Source: Alphaproteobacteria bacterium
Lineage (GTDB): Bacteria > Pseudomonadota > Alphaproteobacteria > GCA-2731375
Length of the DNA stretch: 64,000 nt
NCBI GenBank assembly: GCA_965225945.1
Contig: CBDDBZ010000036.1
Coordinates: 288,001 to 352,000 of the forward strand
Direction of reading: 5' to 3'
The notes beneath the pieces were generated by a model that worked only from the letters and a program-made list of their open reading frames with translations, made no database searches and was not told the origin of the DNA. A program made the translations under genes and the position numbers. Shown piece by piece: positions 52,572 through 60,944 of the stretch; the first letter of the stretch is position 1, and each line of letters begins with the position of its first letter.

Positions 52572-53450
52572 ATGCGGGATTACCGAGATTTGCGCGCCCG
52601 CCTGGCCGAAGCCGGCTACATCGCCGACGATGGCCTGGCGATGGCCTTGACGCTCGCCCAGGACCTCGGGCGACCCTTGCTGGTGGAGGGCGAGGCCGGT
52701 GTCGGCAAGACCGAGATCGCCAAGGTCATGGCCGCGATCCTGGGCACCGATCTCATCCGTTTGCAGTGCTACGAGGGCCTCGACGCCGCCGCCACGATCT
52801 ATGAATGGAACTATCAGCGCCAACTGCTGGCGATCCGCGCGCGCGAGCGCGACGAGACCACGGCGGACGAGATCGAGCGGCAAATCTTCTCCGAGGCCTA
52901 TCTGCTGCGCCGCCCGCTGTTGGAGGCGATCTCGCGCCAGACCTCGCCGGTGCTGCTGATCGACGAGATCGATCGGGCCGACGAGGAGTTCGAGGCCTTC
53001 CTGCTGGAAATCCTTTCGGACTTTCAAATCACCATTCCCGAGCTCGGCACGATTCATGCGACCTCGGTGCCCCATGTGGTGTTGACCTCGAACGGCACCC
53101 GTGCGCTTTCGGACGCGCTCCGGCGGCGCTGCCTCTACAGCTACATCGACTATCCGGACGAGGCCAAGGAGCTGGCCATTCTGCGCGCCCGCCTGCCGGG
53201 GATCGACGCGGCGTTGGCCGGCCGCATCGTGGGCTTCGTCCAGGCTCTGAGGCGCGAGGAGCTGGAGAAGACGCCGGGAATCGCGGAAACCCTCGATTGG
53301 GCGGCGGCGCTGGTCGGCATGGGCTCGGTGACGCTCGATGGCGATCCGGCGCGGCTCCAGGCGAGCTTGATCTGCCTGCTCAAGACAGAGCGCGACCAGA
53401 AGGCGGTTCCCCCCGAGGTGACCGCGCGCCTGATCGGCCGGGTGGCCTAG
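52572..53450 (+). CDS. coxD: MoxR-family AAA+ chaperone
   Basis: GEAGVGKT, IRLQCYEG and LLIDEIDR motifs; follows coxL. Confidence 0.92.
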   Translation: MRDYRDLRARLAEAGYIADDGLAMALTLAQDLGRPLLVEGEAGVGKTEIAKVMAAILGTDLIRLQCYEGLDAAATIYEWNYQRQLLAIRARERDETTADEIERQIFSEAYLLRRPLLEAISRQTSPVLLIDEIDRADEEFEAFLLEILSDFQITIPELGTIHATSVPHVVLTSNGTRALSDALRRRCLYSYIDYPDEAKELAILRARLPGIDAALAGRIVGFVQALRREELEKTPGIAETLDWAAALVGMGSVTLDGDPARLQASLICLLKTERDQKAVPPEVTARLIGRVA

Positions 53451-53457
53451 CGGAAAA

Positions 53458-54621
53458 GTGCCGTCGAGCCCCGACATCGTCTGGCCGAGCCGGCGAATCC
53501 AGGGTTTCATCGCCCATCTCCGCGCCAACGACTTCACCCTCGGGCCGGCGGAGACCGCCGAGGCCTCGGCCTTCCTGGCGCGGCTCGCCGCGCCGGACGA
53601 GGCCGCGACGCGCCTCGGCCTCCGGGCCATGCTGGCGGGCAATCGCGCCGAATGGGACCGCTTCGACGAGCTGTTCGAAGCCTATTGGCACGGACTGGGC
53701 CTGCGCACGGTCGAGCCCACGGGTGGCGAGGCCGGCCACAAGCGCCCGGCCATGTGGGATCGCGTGCTGCCGCCGCTGGATGGCGGGGCCACGTTGGGCG
53801 CCATGCCCGAGCCGGAGAAGCGCGCGGACGGCGAGGCGGCGGCGGGACACCTGGTCGCGAGCGAGCGAGACGGGTTGCGCCGAACCGACCTCCGCGCGCT
53901 CGCCGACGCCGCCACCATCGCCGAGGCGGAGCGGATCGCCGAGGCCCTGGCGCGGGCCATGCGCTACCGTTTGAGCCGGCGAAGGCGGGCGGCCCACAAG
54001 GGCGGGGGAATCGACCTCAGGCGGACCATCCGCCGCAATATGAGCCGAGGCGCCGAGCCATTGGAGCTGGTCCGCCGGCGGCGCCCGGACCGGCCGGTCC
54101 ATCTGGTCGTCCTGCTCGACGTTTCGGGCTCGATGAAGCTTTACAGCCGCTATTTTCTGTTGTTCGTCCGCGGCCTCGTCTGTCGCTGGCTGCGGGCCGA
54201 TGCCTATCTCTTCCACACGCGCCTGGTGCGTGTCACCGACGGCTTGAGGGAACCCGATCCGTTGAAGGCACTGGCGCGCCTCTCGTTGATGACCCAGGGC
54301 TTCGGCGGCGGCACCCACATCGCGCGCTCTCTTCGGGTCTTCAACGAGCGTTACGCCAAGCAGGCGCTCGATAGCCGCGCGATCGTCATCATCATGAGCG
54401 ATGGCTACGACACCGATCCGCCCGAGGCGCTGGCGGGCGAGCTGAAGCGCCTGAAGCTGCGCGCGCGGCGCCTGGTCTGGCTCAACCCGCTGCTGGGCTG
54501 GAAGGATTACCAGCCGGTGGCGCGCGCCATGGCGGCGGCGCTGCCCCATATCGATCATTTCGCGGCGGCGGCGACGCTCGATGATTTGGCCGCGCTGGAG
54601 GACGATCTGGCGCGGCTTTGA
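53458..54621 (+). CDS. coxE: VWA domain protein
   Basis: MIDAS DVSGSM, GGGT.I, SDGYD and WLNPL motifs. Confidence 0.92.
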   Translation: MPSSPDIVWPSRRIQGFIAHLRANDFTLGPAETAEASAFLARLAAPDEAATRLGLRAMLAGNRAEWDRFDELFEAYWHGLGLRTVEPTGGEAGHKRPAMWDRVLPPLDGGATLGAMPEPEKRADGEAAAGHLVASERDGLRRTDLRALADAATIAEAERIAEALARAMRYRLSRRRRAAHKGGGIDLRRTIRRNMSRGAEPLELVRRRRPDRPVHLVVLLDVSGSMKLYSRYFLLFVRGLVCRWLRADAYLFHTRLVRVTDGLREPDPLKALARLSLMTQGFGGGTHIARSLRVFNERYAKQALDSRAIVIIMSDGYDTDPPEALAGELKRLKLRARRLVWLNPLLGWKDYQPVARAMAAALPHIDHFAAAATLDDLAALEDDLARL

Positions 54622-54742
54622 TTCACCTGGCGGGCCGGAAGAATAGGGGCCAGGGGCGGCCCGGTGCGATTCCATGTGGAGCGTCGAGAAACTGTATACT
54701 GTCGCCGGCCATCGGAAGGGAAATGCGATGAAACCCCTCAGG

Positions 54743-55825
54743 CTAGTGTACCGACTCTAACGCCTGTCGCCCACGAGCGACTTTTTCGAGTATGGCGGTG
54801 GCGGAAGCGGTCCATACGAAGGGTTTTGGATCGGCATTGTGGTGCTCGAGGTATTCCTGAATGGCTGTTTCGAGTTCGGCGACGCTCTTGAACACGCCGC
54901 AACGGATTTGATCGCTGGTGATCAGGCCGAAGAAGCGTTCGACCTGGCTGAGCCAGGAGGCGGATGTCGGAGTGAAGTGCATATGGAAGCGAGGATGTTT
55001 TGCCAACCACGCCTTGACCTTGGGATGCTTGTGGGTGGCGTAGTTGTCGGCGATCAGATGCAGGTCGAGCTTCTTGGGCGTCTCGGCGTCGATACGGCGC
55101 AGGAATTTCAGCCATTCCTGATGGCGGTGCCGCTTCATGCAGTGGCCGATGACCTTGCCGGTGGCGACGTCGAGCGCGGCGAACAATGTCGTCGTGCCGT
55201 GGCGCTTGTAGTCATGCGTCATGGTGCCGGCTCGGCCCTTCTTGATCGGCAAGCCGGGCTGTGTGCGGTCGAGCGCCTGGATCTGGCTCTTCTCGTCGAC
55301 CGAGAGAACCAGCGCCTTGTCCGGCGGATCGAGATAGAGACCGACGATATCGCGCACCTTCTCGACGAAGTGCTCGTCATTCGACAGCTTGAAGGTCTTC
55401 ACCAGGTGCGGCTTGAGGCCGTGCGCCTTCCAGACCCGCTGCACGCTGGTGTAGCTGAGGCCGACGGCACGGGCCATCTTGCGGATGCTCCAATGCGTCG
55501 CCGCCTCCGGCGTCTCGTGCAAGGTCTTATGCACAACCCGCTCGATCACCTCGGCGCTCAGCGGCGGCTTGCGTCCCGGTCGCGTCGCATCGCGGCGCAG
55601 TCCGGCGATGCCTTTGGCAAGGTAGCGCTCCTGCCAGCGCCACACCGTCACCTTACTTTTGCCGACCAACCGGACGATCGTCATCGTGCCGATCCCGTCA
55701 GCCGACAGCAACACGATCCGTGCCCGCCAAACCAGCTTCTGCGGCGTGTTCCGCCCAGAAACCAACCCTTCCAGCGTCGCCCGCTCCGCGGGAGACAGCC
55801 AGATGAATGCCAATGTCTTCGTCAT
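54743..55825 (-). CDS. IS630 transposase
   Basis: VDEKSQIQAL, DYKRHGTT, DNYATHK and SWLSQVERFF motifs. Confidence 0.96.
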   Translation of the reverse strand: MTKTLAFIWLSPAERATLEGLVSGRNTPQKLVWRARIVLLSADGIGTMTIVRLVGKSKVTVWRWQERYLAKGIAGLRRDATRPGRKPPLSAEVIERVVHKTLHETPEAATHWSIRKMARAVGLSYTSVQRVWKAHGLKPHLVKTFKLSNDEHFVEKVRDIVGLYLDPPDKALVLSVDEKSQIQALDRTQPGLPIKKGRAGTMTHDYKRHGTTTLFAALDVATGKVIGHCMKRHRHQEWLKFLRRIDAETPKKLDLHLIADNYATHKHPKVKAWLAKHPRFHMHFTPTSASWLSQVERFFGLITSDQIRCGVFKSVAELETAIQEYLEHHNADPKPFVWTASATAILEKVARGRQALESVH

Positions 55826-55882
55826 TCCCCCAGAATCGCAGAACGCAAGCCCTTTGGGAAACTTTTGTTAGGATCGGAACAC
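54746..55882 (-). mobile_element. IS630-family insertion sequence
   Basis: Imperfect TIR GTGTACCGACTCTAAC / GTTAGGATCGGAACAC; TA dinucleotide (CTAG context) on both sides. Confidence 0.92.
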
Positions 55883-56025
55883 TAGTGGCTATAATCGAGG
55901 CGCCGAATGATGCGGCCGTCGCTAAGGTGGCGCTCAAGCTGGGCGCCGCTGGCAACGTCAAGACCGTCACACTGCGGGCCTTCGATGAAGCGGAGTATCG
56001 CGACATCGTTGCCGGCCTCGACTGA
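55883..56025 (+). pseudogene. C-terminal fragment of a GYD-domain protein
   Basis: VAIIEAPND...LGAAGNVKTVTLRAF.E.E; no N-terminal half is found left of the IS630. Confidence 0.7.
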
Positions 56026-56399
56026 CGTTGGTGGCGCTTCAGGTGCTCATGGAAGTGCTTCACCGTGAAATCCCAGTAGCGGGTACGGTATTCCTCGATC
56101 ACCCAGGCGACTTGGTCCACCGGCGCGCCGAGGCCCGGCCCAGGCGGCGGTCCACCAGGCCCTCCGCTCCCTCCGCCTCGTAGCGGTCGCGAAGTCGGCG
56201 GAAATGGCGCTCCAATACCCCCAAGACCTCCGCCACCTCGGCGCAACTCGACCGACCGGTCCGGTATTGCCCGATCGCCTCGATGATCCGTGCCATGCGC
56301 ATCTCCGGTAACAGCCAATACCTCCGGCTCCTTGGAACAATTCAAGAAACCGGACATATCGCGTGCCACACATTCCGGACATACCGCGTGCTACTGACA
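56026..56399 (-). mobile_element. ISNCY-type IS relic: left end plus frameshifted, truncated transposase N-terminus
   Basis: End TGTCAGTAGCAC with repeated CCGGACAT...GTG units; HTH EVLGV.ERHFRRLRDRYE.EG..GL.DRR, then FTVKHFHE. Confidence 0.8.
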
Positions 56400-56570
56400 G
56401 CGCGGTCTCGCGATATCCTTCGGCTTGGGAGAGACAGCCGATGCGCTACCTCGTTGCGGTCGCACTGGCCGTTATGCTGGCGCTTGAGTCGGACCCGATT
56501 CCCTTGGACACAGAATTGGTTTAATCGAAGTGTCCAGGCGCTGCCGGTGGTCGCGCAGGAGGACCGGAAC

Positions 56571-56981
56571 ATGACCGACAATTTTGAAAACAAAGTTGCT
56601 GTTGATGGGCCTGTGGTAAACGAGGGCGAGCTTGGCTCGTCCACGTTTTCCCCGGGCCAGGTTTCGCCGGCAGGCCCGCTGGGACTTGGCCAGCGGTGGA
56701 CGGTGACGCGCAAGCGTGAGGTTGCCCTGCGGCTTTTGCGTGGCGAGCCGGTGGAACTTTTGTCGCGGCAGTTGGGCGTGGAGATTTTCCGGCTCGAGCA
56801 GTGGCGTGAGAAGGCGATCGCCGGGATCGATGCCTCGCTCAAGGAACGCAAGGGCGATCCGGTAAAGGCGGAACTGGACATCGCCATGAAGCGGATCGGG
56901 GAGTTGATCATGCAGGTGGAACTGCTGGAGGCCAAGACGGAGACGTCCGGCCCTTTGGGGCGGCGGAGGTCGCGGCGATGA
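56571..56981 (+). CDS. IS OrfA (HTH plus coiled coil)
   Basis: AGGAGG RBS; RKREVALRLLRGE.VELLSRQLGV. Confidence 0.88.
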   Translation: MTDNFENKVAVDGPVVNEGELGSSTFSPGQVSPAGPLGLGQRWTVTRKREVALRLLRGEPVELLSRQLGVEIFRLEQWREKAIAGIDASLKERKGDPVKAELDIAMKRIGELIMQVELLEAKTETSGPLGRRRSRR

Positions 56982-57889
56982 GTGCCGCCACCTCTCCCGG
57001 CACGGGTTTGGCCTACGGCCTCCAGCGGGTCTGTGCGGCCTGGGGTTTTGCCCGTTCCTCGTTCTACGCCATGAAATCCCGGCAGCAGGCCACCGCTGAG
57101 CGCCCACCAGCAAAGCGCCGGGGACCGAAGCCCTCGATCTCGGACGAGGCTCTGCTGGTGGCCATCGAGGCCGACCTGGAGGCATCCCCCTGGGAGGGCG
57201 AGGGACACCGCAAGGTCTGGGCTCGGCTTCGGGTCTGTCGTGGCATCCGTGTTTCCCGCAAGCGGGTGCTCCGGGTGATGCGCGAGAACAACCTGCTCTC
57301 GCCCCATCGCTGCCGCCGCCGTGGCGGAAATCCCCATGTCGGTGAGATCATCACCCATGCCCCCAACCTCATGTGGGGCACGGACGGCGTTCGGGTGTTC
57401 ACGGTGGACGACGGCTGGGGCTGGATATTCACCGCCATCGAGCATTGGAACGCCGAGTGCGTCGGCTGGCATGTGTGCAAGCGAGGCGACCGCTTCGCCG
57501 CCCTTCAGCCGATCTCCATGGGGCTTGCGAGGCTGTATGCCTCGACCTCCGCCGGTGCGGCGCGGGGGCTGGCCTTGCGGATGGATCACGGCTCCCAGTA
57601 TCTGTCGGACCACTTCACCAACCAGATCAAGTTCTGGGGCATCCAGCCGTCCTACGCCTTCGTCGAACAGCCCCAGACCAACGGCGTCGCCGAGAGGTTC
57701 AATCGCACGCTCAAGGAACAGATCATCCATGGCCGCATCTACCGCAACATCGCGGAGCTGCGGAACGCCGTCCGCGGGTTCGTCGAACAGTACAATGCCC
57801 AGTGGATCGTGGAGAAGAACGGCTACCTGAGCCCCGCTCAAGCTCGTCAGGCGTGGCACACCGCGATGTCACTCAGGCCCGCCGCATGA
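56978..57889 (+). CDS. IS OrfB, DDE integrase-core transposase
   Basis: WGTDG, MDHGSQY and NGVAERFNRTLKE motifs; ATGA overlap with OrfA. Confidence 0.93.
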   Translation: MSAATSPGTGLAYGLQRVCAAWGFARSSFYAMKSRQQATAERPPAKRRGPKPSISDEALLVAIEADLEASPWEGEGHRKVWARLRVCRGIRVSRKRVLRVMRENNLLSPHRCRRRGGNPHVGEIITHAPNLMWGTDGVRVFTVDDGWGWIFTAIEHWNAECVGWHVCKRGDRFAALQPISMGLARLYASTSAGAARGLALRMDHGSQYLSDHFTNQIKFWGIQPSYAFVEQPQTNGVAERFNRTLKEQIIHGRIYRNIAELRNAVRGFVEQYNAQWIVEKNGYLSPAQARQAWHTAMSLRPAA

Positions 57890-58564
57890 GACAAACTTGT
57901 GTCCAAGGAACCGGGTGCGATACAGTTATGCTGGCGCTTCCAGTGACGGCGCTGAACTTCCATAAGGGCTGGGCGGCATACAAGCGCGGCGACCCCGCGA
58001 CGGCGTTGCGTGAGCGGCGTCCGCTTGCTGAGTGGGGGCACGCCGAGACCCAGTACAACCTCGGCTTCATGTACGCCAATGGCGAGAAGGGCGTCTCTCG
58101 GGGCTACGCCGAGGCGCTGCCGGTGGTCGCGCAGGACTTCAATAGGGGCTTGGAGGCGTACAATCGTAAGAACTACGCGGCGGCGCTAGAAGAATTGGTT
58201 GCCGCTCGCTGAAAATGGTCATGCAAGGACACAGCACGACGTCGGCCGAATGTACTTCTTGGATTATGGAGTATCGCGGAACGCCGTGAAAGCCTACATG
58301 TGGGTGTACCTCGCGGGAACGCTAGAGGCGAAGTGGAAGTTGCATCTCGCTACCGTTGCCTCTCCGATGACCCCCGCCCAGATCGCCGAAGCCCAGCGCC
58401 TCGCCCGCGAGTGGATGGAGAAGCACGGGAAGTAGGTCCGACGCGTCGTCACCTTGCATTGGGACGAGATGCATCGAGCTTCATATGGCTGATGTAACTC
58501 GGTGCCGCTGGCCCTATATTTCATTTAGATCGGCAACCTGCCTTCCGCAGGCTCCAGGAGAGGA

Positions 58565-58933
58565 ATGATGAAACGGCTCGCATCGACGTTTCTCGCCATA
58601 CTCACTGCGCTCGTTCTCTCGGCCGGACTTGCACTGGCCGCCCCTGGCGGCAAGGGGAACGGCGGCGTCGGACAGGGCAAGGGACAAGGGGCCAAGAACG
58701 GCAGTGGCTGGGGTGTAGGCGGCATCCCCGGCAGCAGAGGCCGCGGCCAGGGTAGGGGTAGGGCTGCGCGGACGAACGAGTCTCGCGCGATCCTGAACGA
58801 GAGGGGCAATGGTGAAGGCAGAGGTCGGGCTGCGCGGCCAAGCGAAACCCGCGTGGCTCTAGAAGAGCAGGACCAGACCATTAGGCTAGACACCTCACGT
58901 TCGACGGGCGGGCGGAACGACTCAAGACAATAG
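58565..58933 (+). CDS. Hypothetical Gly-rich exported protein
   Basis: GGAGAGG RBS; signal peptide ending ALA-A; low-complexity G/K/R tail. Confidence 0.6.
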   Translation: MMKRLASTFLAILTALVLSAGLALAAPGGKGNGGVGQGKGQGAKNGSGWGVGGIPGSRGRGQGRGRAARTNESRAILNERGNGEGRGRAARPSETRVALEEQDQTIRLDTSRSTGGRNDSRQ

Positions 58934-58949
58934 CGGTCACCGGATTTGC

Positions 58950-59090
58950 AACGAGCCCGCCTTCGACGTCTTCGAGGGTGCGGAGCAAGTCGCCCTGCCC
59001 CTCGTCATCGACCTCAACGTCAACCGCCGGCACCTGGACGAGAGCCAGCGGGCGATGGTGCGGCGGAACTGGCAACGATGCAGTAAGGGG
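58950..59090 (+). pseudogene. Fragment of a phage-type ParB-like protein
   Basis: Translates as EPAFDVFEG...LVIDLNVNRRHLDESQRAMV, then frameshifts. Confidence 0.55.
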
Positions 59091-59316
59091 GGGCGTCGCC
59101 GATCCGATCAAGCGGAAAGTTTTCCGCTCTTCACGTCCTGCGGCTGACGCACGGCGACACGGCCGGTTCCCCGAGTAGGGGGCCCGCCGGCGGGGGCTTT
59201 CCGGTAGCTTCGCCTGGAGGCCAGGAATAATCCTCCGCCGGAAGCCTTCCGCCGACGGGTCGTGACGCCGGGGAGCGTCATCTCGTGGACCCCCCAGGGG
59301 CGGGAGGCGGGTCGCG

Positions 59317-59844
59317 TCAGCGGTTGACGATCTGCCAGCTCCCGTCGGGCTGCAGGCAAGCGGTGCCATAGGCCTCTTCCTGCCGGCCGCCGATGACCAC
59401 GCTGTGGTGGTATTCGCGGCACTGCCGCCCGGTGCTCGAGACGCCTTCGCGCACCGGCGTCACCGTGCCGTAGTTGCCGCTTTCGGGGTTGCGCCAAGAG
59501 ATCGTCTCGTTGACCGGCGCCTGGTGGGCCTCGTCCTGCGCCCGGGTGACGGCACGCCGATCGGCCCGGTCGAGCGAACGGCCGATCGAATTGCCGAGCA
59601 TGGCGCCGAGAAAGACGCCGGCGGCGGTGGCGGCGAGCCGGCCCCGGCCGCTGCCGAACTGGGCGCCCAACAGGCCACCGCCGGCGGCGCCCAGGATGGT
59701 TCCGACGCCCTGCTTGGGGCCACCCTCGGTGACGCAGCCGGTCAGCATCAAGGCGGCGAGCGCGGTTGCCAGCAGCGCCGCCGCCCGGCCCCCGGCACGC
59801 CGCGTCGCGGTCTTCGTTTCGTTCTGGATGTCATGGTTCGACAC
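59317..59844 (-). CDS. 17-kDa surface antigen-like lipoprotein (glycine zipper)
   Basis: Lipobox LTGC; GAAGGGLLGAQFG, WRNP.SG..G and CREY...YGTAC.QPDGSW motifs. Confidence 0.9.
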   Translation of the reverse strand: MSNHDIQNETKTATRRAGGRAAALLATALAALMLTGCVTEGGPKQGVGTILGAAGGGLLGAQFGSGRGRLAATAAGVFLGAMLGNSIGRSLDRADRRAVTRAQDEAHQAPVNETISWRNPESGNYGTVTPVREGVSSTGRQCREYHHSVVIGGRQEEAYGTACLQPDGSWQIVNR

Positions 59845-60126
59845 GGTGCTTTCCTTCCCCGGACGTCGTTCGTCGGAATCGATGGTGGGGGTTTGCCAGG
59901 CACCGCCTGAACCCAATCTGAGGCCCCGTTCACCCAGCGATTCGATCCCCGAAACTGTCGCACGCCCCAACACCGAGGGCAATGGCGCCGGTCGCGTCGA
60001 GGCCCCGAGGGGAGGGCGTAAATGGGATACCGTCCGAAGTTTCCCTTTGGGTTCCGCTTGAGCTAGACTCTCGGAAACTGCCGGTCGTACCCTAGCCATA
60101 GACTCAAACCCTTCAAGGTGATCCCC

Positions 60127-60459
60127 ATGTCAAAACAACAAGCAAAATTCCAAGTCGGGCAAATAATTCACCACAAGATGTTTGACTACACCGGGGCCGT
60201 TTTCGATGTCGATCCGACATTTCAAGGGACAGATGAATGGTACGAACAAGTCGCTCGCTCACGCCCCCCGAAGGACAAACCGTGGTATCACGTGCTAGTG
60301 AATGAAGCGACTCATACGACCTATGTCGCTGAGCAGAACCTAGCGCCTGCGGAAGCACCTCAGAGAATCGTGCACCCGCTTGCTGACAGGCTATTTAGTG
60401 ATTTCAATGGAGAGCCGAACCTATGGAAATTATTCCGTGGCCGCAGCAGCGCTCATTAG
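60127..60459 (+). CDS. hspQ: Heat shock protein HspQ (YccV-like)
   Basis: AKFQVGQIIHH..F.Y.G..FDVDP and PWYHVL...TYVAEQNL motifs. Confidence 0.9.
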   Translation: MSKQQAKFQVGQIIHHKMFDYTGAVFDVDPTFQGTDEWYEQVARSRPPKDKPWYHVLVNEATHTTYVAEQNLAPAEAPQRIVHPLADRLFSDFNGEPNLWKLFRGRSSAH

Positions 60460-60575
60460 CCCTTTGCTCGGGTCCGCCTTCATGGCTTCGAGGCCTATCA
60501 TCGAATAGTTTATGCACAGCCTACACCCACTAGGGCTACGAATGGGCGCTCAAACCGGATATAGGGGAGCGCGCC

Positions 60576-60944
60576 ATGGATGTTCTCGACCGCGCCGATC
60601 TCCCATTCCCGCATTCGCTACCCGAGTTCCAGCGACTTTTCCCCGATGATGCGGCCTGCGCCGCCTACCTGGAGAAAGCCCGCTGGGGAGACGGCTTTGC
60701 CTGCCCGCACTGCGGCACGGCGGGAGAGCCGTTCCACTTTGAAAACCGCCCTGGCGTCCTGCGCTGCCGCAAGTGCCGCCAGAACACCGGGCTGACGGTG
60801 GGAACAGTGATGGAGCGTAGCCACACTCCGCTGAACGTCTGGTTCTGGGCCGCTTATCTGGTCGCCAGTCAGACGCCCGGCATGTCCGCCGTGCAGTTTC
60901 AGCGGCAACTTGGTCTTTCGCGCTACGAGACGGCCTTTCAAATT
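60576..60944 (+). pseudogene. IS1595-family transposase N-terminus, truncated by a second IS1595
   Basis: FPDDAAC..YL...RW.DGF.CPHCG...CRKC and QRQLGLSRYETAF motifs. Confidence 0.88.

Larger units (their letters stand above)
56485..57924 (+). mobile_element. IS3-like (rve DDE) insertion sequence with a 14-bp TSD
   Basis: TG...CA imperfect TIR (TGAGTCGGACCCGATTCCCTTGGACACA / TGTGTCCAAGGAACCGGGTGCGATACA); TSD GTTATGCTGGCGCT at 56471-56484 and 57925-57938. Confidence 0.93.
56441..58435 (+). pseudogene. Sel1-repeat exported protein, IS-interrupted, chimeric and frameshifted
   Basis: MRYLVAVALAVMLA|IS|LPVTALNF.KG..AY.RGD...QYNLGFMYANG; a second N-terminal-like unit ALPVVAQDFNRG; +1 frameshift near 58195; C-terminal MTPAQIAEAQRLAREW. 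Confidence 0.85.

Noticed and set aside
59161-59300. SRP RNA, 6S RNA or tmRNA
   Set aside because: No SRP domain IV motif, no tRNA-like ends and no recognisable 6S conserved segments
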